Positions 1 to 12,360 of a stretch of DNA of 64,000 nucleotides are shown piece by piece (positions within the stretch are counted from its first letter, which is position 1; each line of letters begins with the position of its first letter). The stretch covers positions 7,127,186-7,191,185 of the forward strand of contig CM082589.2 in assembly GCA_040954595.2 (NCBI GenBank), given 5' to 3'. Origin of the DNA: Balanoglossus misakiensis. Lineage: Eukaryota; Animalia; Hemichordata. The position numbers were made by a program, and so were the translations under genes. The notes under the pieces were generated by a model. That model saw nothing but the letters and a program-made list of their open reading frames with translations, made no database searches and had not been told where the DNA came from.

Positions 1-3000
1 GGCCTCTTGGGTTGTTTAAATTTATCTGCAAGAGTGAACTCACAAAGTGATATAAAATTACTGAATGAGTCTATTGGACACTCAGACTCCTAGTAACATC
101 TAAAACTAAAAGCCTGCCCCCCCCCCCCCCCTCGGTGTTTCAAAGTTTTACTGTATCACATTTATCCTCTACAAGCATTCTTACCAATTTGCTGTACAAG
201 TGTATCTTTGCTATACCATGTTTTCAACTTGGCTTCTTTTGCTGGTTCCACGAGATTCTCGCCGGTAAGTCCACTGCATGGGATGTAGGCTACTTCGGAA
301 TCCTGAAAAGGTGTGGATCTGACATTTATTTGGCGTAACAATTTTCAGTGTTGGTGAAATTGAGTTTCCATCATTTTAATAAGACTGTTCATAATCTGAA
401 TGACTTCTTTCACTTCATGGAAAATGTCGGATCATTTCGCCACTTTTGAAAACGACAACACACCAAGATGTCATTCAGCATTTGGCGAGAATTCCCACTC
501 CGCTGAAATACCACCTCAACTCACCTTGAAGCCTGCCTGCTTTAAAAAGTGTCCCAGTTTCGCTACAATCTCATTGTACCTCTCCTGCGACCAGCCCACG
601 TTGTCCAATTTATTGACGGCGACCGCCAGTTGGGTGACGCCCAGCGACCTGACCAGCATTGCATGCTCTCGCGTCTGGCCGCCCGACTCGAAACCCGCTT
701 CGAATTCACCACGGCTCGCATCAACTACTAATATTGCAACATCTGCCTGCAATGCGAAATGCAAATCAAAATGACAGTGGTTATTTTGGGGGGATGGCTT
801 TCTTTTTCGCATTCTACACACAGAGACTTGCATGGATACTTTTAACCTAGCTAAGGAGTCTGACTAATAATTATATCAGCTGACTATGGTCACACTCCTT
901 AGCTAGATCAAAATTATCCACTCTAGTATGGTCAGACTCTTTAGGTAGGTTAAAATTATCCACTCTAGTCTCTGTGTACAGAATGTCTTTTTCAATGATA
1001 TCAAAATTATATTGATTAGTTAGTTTGTTCTCAAGTTCGTTTACACACATAATTTGGTCTACTCCAATTCTAGGTTTCACTTCTGACATTTTCAAAGGGG
1101 TAGTTCTGTCTGAACTGTATGTGTGCGACTTTTCTGTTTATAAACACGCTATCAGGATCCCTCACCTGTGCGGCACCAGTAATCATATTAGGAATAAAAT
1201 CTTTATGTCCGGGTGCATCCAGAAGGGTTATAATCTTCTTGGTGGTTTCGAAATTGGTCAGACCAACATCCATTGTGATACCCCTGCAGAATACCAAAAC
1301 AAACAAAAAAATAAATAAAAACAGAAAAATCAGCTCACACTGGGCTAACCCAGTTGAAACACAAGTGTTACAATGGTGCTAGCATTATGCTGGCCATGGC
1401 AACATCCAGAGCTATTCTGAAGTATTGCAGTGGTATGCTATAAGATGGCACTATTGTGATACCTGAGCTAGCCCAGAGTCAGCCCAGTTGGAAAGTGAGA
1501 TGCGATATGTACTGTACTGTCCCTGTAAGTCACAGATTTTTATGTTTTCCTACGGTCTACTGTAAAAGGCTTTATTTTTACGAGCAATAAATTTTCGCTA
1601 TATACGCGAGAGCCAAAATAACGTGAAAATAAAAAGTCATGTAATTTTTTTTGAAGATATCGATGCAGTGAATGAAATAAGAGAACGCGAAAATTAATAC
1701 TCGCGAAACAGTGGCCTCTCTCGATATCGCGTAAATTTCAACTCGCGAAAATAAGGTGTTTTACAGTACTTGAGTGCACGACTCTAGAGGGCGCCCCTCA
1801 CCTTTCTCGTTCTTCGCCAGTTTCGTCCAAAACCCACGCGTATGCAAACGACGCCTTCCCGGCCTTCTTCGACTCCTGCTCGTACTTGTGCATGGTGCGC
1901 TTGTTGACGTTTCCCAGCAGGAAGAGGAGGTGGCCCATGAGTGTGGATTTGCCCGCGTCCACGTGTCCGATCACCACCAGATTGATGAGATCCTTGCCGC
2001 TGCCCTGTCGTTTCTCGTATTCAGCCATCACGTCTATGGTCTGAGGAACGAACACAGAATGCGCGATTAGGTTCAAATCTTCAGTGGTCAAAAAAATCAT
2101 GTCTCTAACAGAACAATCTATTTTATCTTAACCGGACAACAAAAACAGTGACGGCACTTGAGATATGTATCTGCCAGTCAGCTTATAACCGTCAACCATT
2201 ACTGCTTTCTCACTCAAACTCAATCCCAATCCCAAACCACACAAATCTGCATGCAAAAGAGTCTTGAAATTCTTTACCATTGCTAACACACAACAAAACC
2301 AAAATGCCTTAAACTACATATGGAATTTTCTTACATGTATAAGATCTGATATTTCACATTCGTTCATTTGCAGACAAACTTAACCTAGAATGAACATTCA
2401 GTTTCTCACATGGCTGTTCAAGTATTTCTGATGTTGCATTTTGGATACAACACAGCAGATTGTAGCACCAATATGGCAGAAAGTGTGTGAGTCTGGTTTT
2501 TAATAACTCCACTAATGAACATGATTATTCAGGTCAAATGTCACACAGATGAAATTGACCTTCCATTCTTTTGAACTGTTTTCATTTTTTAAAACCCTTT
2601 TCACACTAAATTAAAGAATTTCAATTTTTCTAAACACAAAAAAATGGCAGGCTATATTTCATGTGTTTTATTGTCTTGTATCGTCCAATCTGCAGACTTG
2701 ATGCTTTAACCCTAACGCTGCCAAGTCAGTTGAAACTGGTTTGATTTCCAGGGTGCCTAGAATCCTGGCTCCCAGGCCCGTTAGACTGCCAAGTGCGAGT
2801 TACTCAGTAGGGTCTATACAAGACCCTCAGACCAATACAGTGCAAACCAGTGCGATTTGGTACATTTTTCAGGGGGCTCAGACTGCCAAGTGTGTCTAAG
2901 TACGTATGAGAGCCATGTCAAGACAGTCAAAATACATTTTAGAAGAAAAAGTGGCAAATACGTATTTTAAGGGAGTTGACACTCTAAACAGATATGACAC

Positions 3001-6000
3001 CCAGTTGCATTAAGGTTAAGGTAACTTACAGGCAGTCTGGCCTTTGAGGAAACCCTTGGCATACTCGGCACACTGGAACTTGATGATAACGTGGACGGGG
3101 AATCCACAACAGATGTAGCCCCCATCAATCCTTCACCTGCAGTTTCTGTGGACACTGGCAATCCATTCCTATCCAGGTCAACTCTAAAGAACAGTAAACA
3201 AAATAGGTTTATTACATTTCATGACAGGGTTTAATATTTACAAAATTAGCCACGAAACATGCAAGTCTTTTCACACTCTTCATATCACTGACCATTATTT
3301 CAAAGTTATGTCACCCTCTACACCCACCATTATTTCAAACTTATCTCACCTTGTCTTTTTCCTTATTGCTCCTGTGTCTGATTCCTTAGTTGGCGGAAAA
3401 CTCAGCCTTGCCAAAGCCGGAATTGTCTCTTCTTCGCTGGCAGCATTGTTTACATGAGATGTGGCTTCCTTCGATGGGGCAGCTTCGCTTGATGCAATTC
3501 CTATCATACAGACAGTGAATAAGAAATATATCGCAATCCGAGTCCTGTGTATTTCTCCTCATTGATTTGTACGTAGAAGAGTTAAATTAACATTGTCATT
3601 AAGCATGCATGGACAAAATTTACACATAAATTTTCGCAGTTGCTATCTAACAGTGATGTAAATTCAAAAAGCAGTTATTAGGTAAGTTTGCAGCACAGTA
3701 ACAAAGAATAAGTAAAATGCATGGACATTTGCAACAAGGGCAAAATGTCCACTGCATGGCATATTGTAACAAAGTACAACACGAATCCAACAAAAATGCA
3801 TAGAATGCACTGACTGGTTGGTGCTTAGGGGTACCACTTTCCCTCCATGATGGAGGGAGGGAGGGACTGTGGTGGTACAGTCAAACCCCTGTTAGTGGCC
3901 ACCCCTATATCGCGGTCACCTCTATAGTATATAATGGCCACTTTGTTACAGACCCTGTGCAATTCACATGTGTGTTAATTAACCTCTATATAATTTATAA
4001 AGGTCACAGGACTCTCTATAAAGGCCAGTTTAGGAAAGTCCCAGGTTTGACTGTACTGATAACCGACATGACTGGGGAGGTTTATAGAAGCCGTCGGGCA
4101 TTGAACCAAACATCGATGGATATCCAAATTTGGATAATGACAAATCTTACTCTCTCCTGTCCTGCTGAAGGCCCCTCTCTGTCTTTCCTTCACGACATCG
4201 TCCGGCGACGGCGAGGCAAAATCGAACGGAACAATCGTCATCAGGTGTTCTTGCTGACGAGAGACAGATTTCTGCCTTTTGTAAGAGAACTGCTCGTGAA
4301 CGGGCGGCTTTCTCTGCTGCACGGAGCGAGTCGCCTCAACCGGGCGGGTGCTGCTGCTGCTGGAGATTCTAGAGATCACTTCCAGGGTTTCCGGAAGTTC
4401 TTTGGATTCCGGGTGGCAGCAGATGACTCTGGCGAACATGGACGGCTCCCCACACACTGTTACATCAGTCGATGTCAGAGACGTCTCTGGCGATTCAGCA
4501 AATTGTACGGGGGACCATCCGGTCGTCGGATCTTGGGGGTAGTTTTCCCTCGCGCCGTCGGTCATAGCTCTGCTCCTTTCTGCTTTTGATCTCCGCCTGA
4601 CCCCTCGTTTCTTGGCCGGTTTTCCACCGTCGTCGGTCGTCCTCCGCTCATCGAAATCAAGTTTCTTGCTTGCTCTGTTGGTTTCTCTTGAAACGGGTGC
4701 CTCGCTGACGAGCTTGCTTAGAGGTGACGGCGTTTTGACGGAGAGTAAGCTGGACAGCGGGGCGGTCTCTCCAATCCCGACGAGGGGCCGCCTGCTTTCA
4801 GTACCGACCCCGGCAGTCATAAACCCTGCCAGAGACAACCCCCCTGAAAGTCCAATGACACCACCGGGGGCTGCGTTAACATCTGGCGCGGATTTATCAC
4901 CATGGTAACTGTCAATCAGGGAGAGTCCACCGCTGAACAGGGAGGGTGAGGTCACGTCACCCGAACGGACTCCACTGCGAGTGCCAGCGTCGAGGCTTTG
5001 AGATGCGATTACCGGGAGAGTTGGGGGGCACGCTGAGCTGTGCTGTATACTCAGATCTCCACTGAAGTGATTCGATGATGACAGACTTGACAATGACGCG
5101 ACACCTATACAGATACACTTGTCAACATTACCGGCCCCCCTCTCCCCCTTCTCAGTGGCAATGTGAGCAACGGAAAGTTGTCCGAGAGACAGGGGAGATG
5201 AAGCTACCTGTGAAGGACCTGAAGACGTTTCCATTCCCTTGAACCCTTGTTCGTTCAAATGTCCCTGAGCTAATTCATGTAAACTTAAACCGCCCAAGCC
5301 CTGTAGGCCCTCTACATCTCCTGTCTCAGTCTGCATTTGTTTGGAACTATTTTCCTTTGACAGATAATCACCAGCCAACGCCGACAGAGAAATGTTGCCT
5401 AGACCAGGTGTTGGGTTGCAGCCACCTTTTGGAATGCCAAGTGTTGATTGGACAGTTTCTTTTAAGTTTCCAGGTGCAGTGTGTGTAATCTCACTTGAGG
5501 AGCAAAGCTCAGATAAGCTTGGTGCATTGAGCATTAAAACATCCTGGCTATGCTCTATTGCAGTCAGTTTGTCTGATTGTTTATCAGTAGCTTGCAAGTG
5601 TCTTACAGTGCTTTCCTCTGACAGAAAATTATCTGCCAAAACTGAGAGAGCAACGCTCCCTAGGTCAGTTATTAGGGCCGTAGCAGCTCCTTGTGTGGAC
5701 TGGTCAAGCCCTGATAAGTTTCTCGGCGCAATGCCTGCGTTCTTGGTTTCGCACAGTCCCGACAAGCTTAGGGCTCCCCGAGAAATCAGTTCTGTTTTCT
5801 CCGGCTGTGCAAACCCCGCCTCTTGGAGGCCTAGGAGTCTATCTGATAAAAGCTGGTGGGAAAGTCTCTCACTCCGCGGAATGCCAGGACGGATCCTGTT
5901 TGTTGGAGTGTTTGGGGGTGTCTGGGGACCTGAGGTTTGTCGTTGTCTGTCGACGGGAATGTTTTGAGGCAACGTGAGGGGGGATAACCCGGGAGGGGCG

Positions 6001-8966
6001 GCGTTCAAACCTAATCCTCCGATAGCTCCCACGGGGAGCTCGTCAGCTGCCCCTCCCGGGACCGTCTCCTTCCCCCGAGAATCCGGGGGAATTTTTGCGG
6101 AATGTTGAAGTAATGGGAATGTGGGTTCTTACCTTACCATAGCCAATGACAGGACGGCACCATAGAGAGTCGGGCAGGAACAGGGAAATGGACAGGAAGT
6201 GGATGGAACGATATGAAGAGAGAGAGAAAGAAAGGCATTCAATTAGCATGCAGACATGGTACAGATTCACAGAGTTTGGTGATTTTCTCAGATTAGCCTG
6301 GCTTGCTGTGAAACAAGTAGTTATTCTGCTTGATGAAATATTCCAGAATGATGGATGTTAATTCTCTGAGAACATCTTGAAATCACTAGCTCATTATATT
6401 AACCCTAACACTACCAAGTCAGTTGAGACTGGTTTGATTTCCAGGGTGCCTAGAATCCGGGCTCCCAGGCCTATTAGACTGCCAAGTGCGTGTTAATCAG
6501 TAGGGCCTATGCAAGACCCTCAGACCAATACAGTACAAACCAGTGCGATTTGGTACATTTTACAGGGGGTTCAGACTGCCAAGTGTGTCTAAGCACATAT
6601 GAGAGCCATGTCAAGACAGTCAAAATACGTTTTAGAAGAAAAAGTGGCAAATACGTATTTTAAGGGACTTGACACTCTAAACAGGTATGACAATCAGTAG
6701 TATTAGGGATAAACAACATCTCAAAACATCCCGGATTTCACAATTAAATTTTGTCGTTCAATGAACAAAGACCCCTATTTCATTTTTACCTTGTTTACTC
6801 GGTTTACTAGTTTCCCTGCTGGTTTTCCTCGGTGGTTCGTTCTGGTTCAATATGGCATCCAAAGCTCTCTCAAAATTAAACTTGTAGTGCACAATGTTAT
6901 CAATGATGATGTGGTCCGGTACTGTATCACCGACTATGTTGCGAATTTCGTCAAGACATGATTGTAGTTTTGCTGAAAACACACACAAAAAAAGACTGAG
7001 TCAAATTCGGTTAAAACATGACACTTGTATGCAATGCTCTGATGGTATCAAAGAGGACAATGAAAACATCTGGCAGTTTTGGGAAATGCATTTTTTTCCA
7101 GAATGTAAGCCACCAAAAAAGGGAGCTGGTGTAGTTAGTGGACAAGAATTTACCACTGGGTAATACCATTATTTTTAGGGGCCAAGGGGTGGGGTATGGT
7201 ATAGTTGGTGGACACGAATTTACCCCTGGGTGATACCATTGTTTTTAGGGGCCAAGGGTTGGGCTATGGTATAGTTAGTGGACATGAATTTACCACTGGG
7301 TGATACCATTATTTTTAGGGGCCAAGGGGTGGGGTATGAGGGTCACAGGCAATAGTGTGAAGTGAATAATAAGGCAATCCCACGGCTAAGCTGAAACACT
7401 GGTCACCACGGTGACGCAGTGGTATTTACCTTCGTCCACTGGATTCAGTTGAGGTCTCTGATAGTTCCTGGAATCACTCAGCCCTGTATCTTCATCACTT
7501 TCCTCCTCCTCCTCTTCCTCCTCGTTGATGCTCTGTTCTTTCATGAAGGATGACAGGAGCTGTTCGTGGTGACTTCGCTGGAACAGAAACTGGTCCGCTA
7601 TCATGAAATAGAAAAAAGGTGTGTTTAAGTTAGCTTTCGGTGTCCTCGCTGTCAAGTGAATGAATGAATGAATGAATAATATTGAATGAATGAACTTTAG
7701 CTCATAATGACTGCAGTGCTTACCTGTAGACGGGGACACACAGTAGGAATCATCTTCCACTGAGTGACCATACACATCGTCATATCCAGCGTAATCTATC
7801 AAATAGAAATTTTGAAAACAATTACTCTGATTAAAAATACGTATGGAAGCAGTGTGCATTCTAAGAGCTTGAAAATCACGCATAGTGCAGTACTGATTAG
7901 TATTAACTTTTTTCCCCATTGATTAGTAACGTTTCTTTTGACCGTATAATAGACAGTGAAAACGATTACAGTATCCTTGACAAAATATATACCATGACCA
8001 AGCAAAAATTCCTTAAGTTCCAAAGTTCACTGAGCATCTGGTCACATGAAATAAATAAAAAAACGCTCTTTCGCTATTTTCTTGTAGTTAGCTCTCAGCA
8101 ATTGTATTTAACATGGAAATCTCTCCCTTAATTAATGAAGTAGAGTGCAGGTTGAACTGTCCCTTATATTATTTGAAGGAACAAGTGGTCAGACAAGAGT
8201 ATCTGTTACCATATGGTGTCCTGCAGAAGGACTTTGGAATGTTCCCATGACATATTTGTTGTTGATAAAAAAATCTAATAATTCGAATTTATTCAAAACG
8301 TCCCGTATGGACTAGAGTCCAGAATACGGTTCATTGGTAAATTTTGTGTCGTTTTCATGTGAAATAGGAACACACGGCGAAAACTACATCAAGGTTAATG
8401 ATCCGATTTCAAAGTGATCGTGGTGATATTGACAGGTCATACACTCCGAAGAGTGCGACCGACCACCACAGTTGTGTCTGCATGATGTATAGTACACGCA
8501 ACAATTCTCGATGGACTGGGAGTAAACTGAACATCAGCGAAGATTCAAGCCCGATCGGAGCTATGAACTGCACGTACTTGTAAATGATAGGGTCGATGAC
8601 ATTGGTGAAATTTGGCACGTATCGCCTTGTAAGTTGCAGCTTTTCAATATTGAACTTTCAGTGTTCAGGCCACTGAGTTCTTCGGAAACGAATCAGTCAT
8701 TCCGCGCGATCGTTCGGTTATTTCTTCCCACTGGTGAATACATGATGTTGCAAATGTGCGTGCAGAGATCAACCTCCGAGTAACGATAATACAGTAACTT
8801 GAAGGAAGCCCTACGCACGCTTTGTTTGTACACACACGTACATGTACGTACGTACGCAGCTGCAAAACCGATCGTACCCGGCGATCGGACCCTACAATGC
8901 ATACATCCAAACGTGATGCCTACCTTCATCATAATTTGTATTCCTAATATTTCTATGCCTCGACAT
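1..8966 (-). CDS. HBS1L: HBS1-like translational GTPase (ribosome rescue, partner of Pelota), 3'-partial
   Basis: Phase-consistent GT-AG exons: 8924-8966 ([14 protein letters not shown]), 7724-7795 ([16 protein letters not shown]), 7430-7597, 6790-6972 (HBS1 N-terminal helical domain), 3350-3500, 3030-3183, 1802-2040 ([10 protein letters not shown]1; [15 protein letters not shown]), 1166-1283 (GITMD; DAPGHKDF), 525-746 (AVNKLD G4), 185-302 ([11 protein letters not shown]5), 1-25. The N-terminus matches the HBS1L MARHRNVR...SVEDDYCISPST signature, distinguishing it from eEF1A and eRF3. Confidence 0.95.
885..969. repeat. Two-copy ~42-bp tandem duplication in an HBS1L intron
   Basis: tatggtca(c/g)actc..tag.tag.t.aaaattatccactctag occurs twice in tandem. 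Confidence 0.7.
1558..1768. mobile_element. MITE with TACTGTAAAA...TTTTACAGTA ends (copy 1)
   Basis: Terminal inverted repeats; a closely similar copy lies at 63008-63216. Confidence 0.8.
2706..3019. mobile_element. piggyBac-type MITE (TTAA-CCC ends), copy 1
   Basis: ttaaccctaa...ttaaggttaa; a highly similar ~310-bp copy lies at 6399-6712 in the same gene. Confidence 0.75.
3876..4055. mobile_element. Tc1/mariner-type MITE (TACAGTCAAACC...GGTTTGACTGTA)
   Basis: Perfect 12-bp inverted ends including the TA target site; internal gtggccacc/ggtcacctctata subrepeats. Confidence 0.75.
4151..6127 (-). CDS. HBS1L: SKI7-type (HBS1LV3-like) alternative exon of HBS1L
   Basis: 1977-nt stop-free, Ser/Gly/Leu-rich exon between HBS1L exons 4 and 5. 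It ends in [10 protein letters not shown]...FSY...[25 protein letters not shown], matching the PFDFxxPSPDD exosome-binding motif of Ski7/HBS1LV3. In-frame phase-1 acceptor AG at 6129-6128; phase-1 donor GTAAGA at 4150-4145. Confidence 0.85.
6399..6712. mobile_element. piggyBac-type MITE, copy 2
   Basis: ttaaccctaacactac...gtagtattaggg; paralog of 2706-3019. Confidence 0.75.
7128..7339. repeat. Minisatellite, 3 copies of ~69 bp
   Basis: ggt.tagtt.gtggaca.gaatttacc.ctgggt.ataccatt.tttttaggggccaaggg..gggtat occurs three times. Confidence 0.85.
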
Positions 8967-9440
8967 TTTCGATGCGTATGGCGATGTGCTCAGAGTGACC
9001 TCAAGCGGGACGTCGAACGCATACAATTGCCGATTATTTCAACACAGATTGTCCCGTCGCACTGTAAGATCGCCGCCATATTGGAAAAGGGCGACCTCTC
9101 GGATGTGACCGACTAATACCGATAATTTCCGAGGGCTGGGAGACACTATTATTTTTTAGAGGGGAAAATAGATAATGATTGTAATAGCTTTGTCATAAAA
9201 TAGATTCTATTGTCAATATGTATACTATTTTTGGACTGGAATTTACTTAGATTAATAATAAAATAATGTTTCACTTATCCACATGATATTGAAATGTATT
9301 CAAAAACAAGTAAATCGTCAACCCTTACCTATAAATTTTAGTCTCGTGGTACTATTTCAGCGAGACTTAAGCGTGACTTGCGACGCCATGCTCTTCCTCT
9401 TTTTACCTACATATCGTCTGGTGTGACCGCGAGTGTGAGT
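8967..9440. promoter_or_regulatory. Bidirectional HBS1L/RPS21 promoter with RPS21 TCT/5'TOP start
   Basis: The divergent genes are ~590 bp apart ATG to ATG. Polypyrimidine initiator ctcttcctcttttt at 9391-9404 is followed by a noncoding exon and GTGAGT donor at 9435. YY1-like CGCCATATT at ~9074-9082. Confidence 0.65.
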
Positions 9441-9555
9441 ACTAACGATTTTCTGCCAATTTTAGCTGTGATATTGCGCATCCTGACATGAATAGTTGTC
9501 GAGGACTCACGTTAACATACACTCTTTCACTTTGTTTAGGTGTAAAACAACCAAA

Positions 9556-10739
9556 ATGCAGAACGAAGCCGGAGAATGCGTTGATATGTACATCCCCAGA
9601 AAGTGGTAAGTGGACTGTTTTAGTGTTTACCACACAAACCAATGGGCAATGCATGTGCAATGGATCAGTCACGCGTGTACACAGATTTCTCCTTTGCTTT
9701 CCGAAGTATTCATATGAATCACACGCGCCTATTATATCAATATTGACAACTTAAGTGTTACCCTTGTATTGTATTTTCAGCTGTGCCAGCAACAGAATCA
9801 TAGCAGCCAAGGATCATGCTTCAATTCAAATAAACCTCGCTGAGGTAAGAAATCTGTTAGTCTAGAATCTATCCGTTCGTAGTCGCATTCACCGGTAGTA
9901 GGGTGAATGCGACTACGAACGGATAGATTCTAGACTAGAAATCTGTTTGTTGTAGAAGGTATTAAATTTTCAGGATGAGGTGTGTGCAACTGCATTGTTT
10001 TTCTGTCATTCGAAGTTGCAATCTTGGAACTACAAATATACATAGACTTGTACGATATATACAAGCACTGCTATCATTTCTCTGTGTTGTACAGTACAAA
10101 TCAAAACTTAATGCCAAACTGGCTTTATAATTAAGGGTTAACACTGGAATATTGTTGTGTGCATATTTTGTAAAGTTTCTGTAAAATGTAATTGCACGTT
10201 TTATGTTTGCTGTTTGTTTAGGTTGATGAAACCACCGGCAGATACAATGGCACATACAAAACATATGCCCTCTGCGGTGCCATCAGAAAAATGGTAAGTT
10301 CAGATTTTAAAAAGTCTGGAACTAACTCCTCGCATCATATTGCTGTATTTCATTTCACCTTTCTTATATCAGTGATTTATCGTAACGTCCACATATGTCT
10401 AATGTTGCTTATTGTTATTACAGGGTGAATCTGATGATTGCATTAATCGCTTGGCAAAGAGAGATGGAGTTGTAGCACAGTAAGTCCACAAGCCATTTTC
10501 TCATCCAAATGTCCACTCGGTATTTATAAATTGTATGCTCAAGGAAAATACCAGAAAATTGAAACCACTCCCGGATAGGTCCTTGACAGTCTTTGAAAAA
10601 TGAAATTTACTCCTGAGAAACTGAGTTAGTCACATGTGCCAAGGTGTGAAATATGAGTGATTGTGAAAAGAAGTGCTGACAAAAAGTACTGCACGCTTGC
10701 TTACAGTCTCTATCTTCTTGTGTTTGCAGGAATTTTTAA
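9556..10739 (+). CDS. RPS21: 40S ribosomal protein S21 (eS21), 83 aa
   Basis: Exons 9556-9605, 9781-9844, 10222-10293, 10424-10479, 10730-10739 give [89 protein letters not shown] at ~10828. Not present in the supplied ORF track. Confidence 0.97.
9858..9937. mobile_element. 80-bp hairpin mini-element (TAG...CTA) with 9-bp TSD, AcademH-like
   Basis: Perfect 36-bp inverted arms, 8-nt loop, flanked by gaaatctgt at 9849-9857 and 9938-9946. Confidence 0.8.
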
Positions 10740-12360
10740 AAGAAGATCAAGTCCGCTTGAGATTCCAGTGATCATGTTCTGTATTTAATGAGGTGTATTT
10801 TTTATTCCAGAGGATGGTTTAAAAGACAATAAACCTCACACAGTTCACAAAATGATTTTGATTTTGGTGTGATTTGTCGATTTGTTTGCTTTGTGTTAAG
10901 ACTCTCCTGGAAATTCCTTGAGTTTTTAACATTTCAAGGAAAATCCATGAACATGAAGTTCCTTCTTGAACAACCCTAAGAAAACTCCAGGGAAGTTGTG
11001 GAACCTGCGTTTAAATGACGAGGGAATGTATTGTTGGCACTGGAATGATGGTCTAAAACATTTCATTTAGTTCACCACTAGCCCTTTGTGGCGATCTGAT
11101 ATGCAACTACATGTACATAACTGGTAGTTGAGAGAAGGATTGCATCTCTAGGACTGTGTGTGACAAATACCATACATTGATGTTTATATAAACCGCTCCA
11201 CTGCCATGTGTAGAAATATGATCTGGTGATGTCACCTTGAATTCCAACTCTAGTTTTGGTTTTCAATGATACAGGCAAAGCTATGTTGTAGTAATAGTCA
11301 AGTGTTGCATGCAGTTATGTAAATATAAGTAGCCTCAGCTCGGGTATTATGTTGTACCCGGTCATTTTGAGATGAGTGTGATTGAAGAAAAGACGAAATT
11401 TTTCCATACGTGCGTTTTTAGTTTCCAGTTTGAGAAAAAGAAATCAAGGATTCGCCTAAATGCCCGAAGTTGTCATTTTGAAAGTGAAACGCCCCCTACC
11501 GACACATTCTATGAATCTGTAACTTTTGTTTTTCCACGTAGGTGTGCCAGCTACTGAATGGCAGTTTCACTTGCGCATGCGGTGTTCTTAAAACACTGGT
11601 TGATTCATCCAACTGGCCAGCTGGCTACCCGTTATCAAACTTTGAAATTAAATACGGTCAACTTCTCCACATATATCACGGTCAGAGGTATACAGAAAAT
11701 GGAAGCGTTTGCATCGACATTTTAGTTACCCATAGGCCTAACAAAGATATTACAAAGCGGTTATAGTCCGATAAATATGAACGTAATAACTTTGAAATCT
11801 TATACAGCAGCACATACTACCAAAACTGACCATAATAATTATTATTATAATCTAAATGCCTGTAAATTTTGACTTCTCTGTGAAAATACCTAGAAACTGA
11901 AATTTCACGAATCTGACCCCAACATTTGTATTGGATGAAGTCTCGGCATTTTGTACTAGAATCTGACAAAGTGACCGACATTGGTCAGACCAAAAACCTT
12001 GGAATAAAATCAGTCATCAGTCCATGGAAGTTGAAAAGGAAGCACGCCTATAACCAGACAATCACTATAATTATTATGTCGTAAATACATCGAATCGTCG
12101 GCACAGGAGAGGGAATTCTTCAGTCTTTGTGATAGCCCCCCGCTTCCTTGCGGATGATCTGAACTCAGGAACTTTAATAATATACGAACGGAACTTTGAT
12201 GTGTGTCTTGGTATGTAAATTTAGGGATGGTTCCACCATGACGCAAGTATAGATTCAATAGGTTATACCACAGGTAGTGATGGTGTACAGTTACCTACGC
12301 TAGCGGTGTGAACGTTGACCTCGGCGTGGCCGCGTAGGCTGCATTAGGAGGTGTGATAGT

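Noticed and set aside
1-2040. Assignment of the GTPase exons to eEF1A or eRF3
   Set aside because: The upstream exons give the HBS1L-specific N-terminus, and [22 protein letters not shown] is HBS1-type.
3975-6032. 685-aa ORF as a standalone nested gene
   Set aside because: It starts at GTG, lies on the HBS1L strand in compatible phase and carries Ski7 motifs. The tail after 4151 runs into a MITE.
9845-10729. Intronic snoRNA or miRNA in RPS21
   Set aside because: No convincing paired C/D boxes with terminal stem or H/ACA structure seen. The only hairpin is perfect and TSD-flanked, so it is better explained as a mini-transposon.
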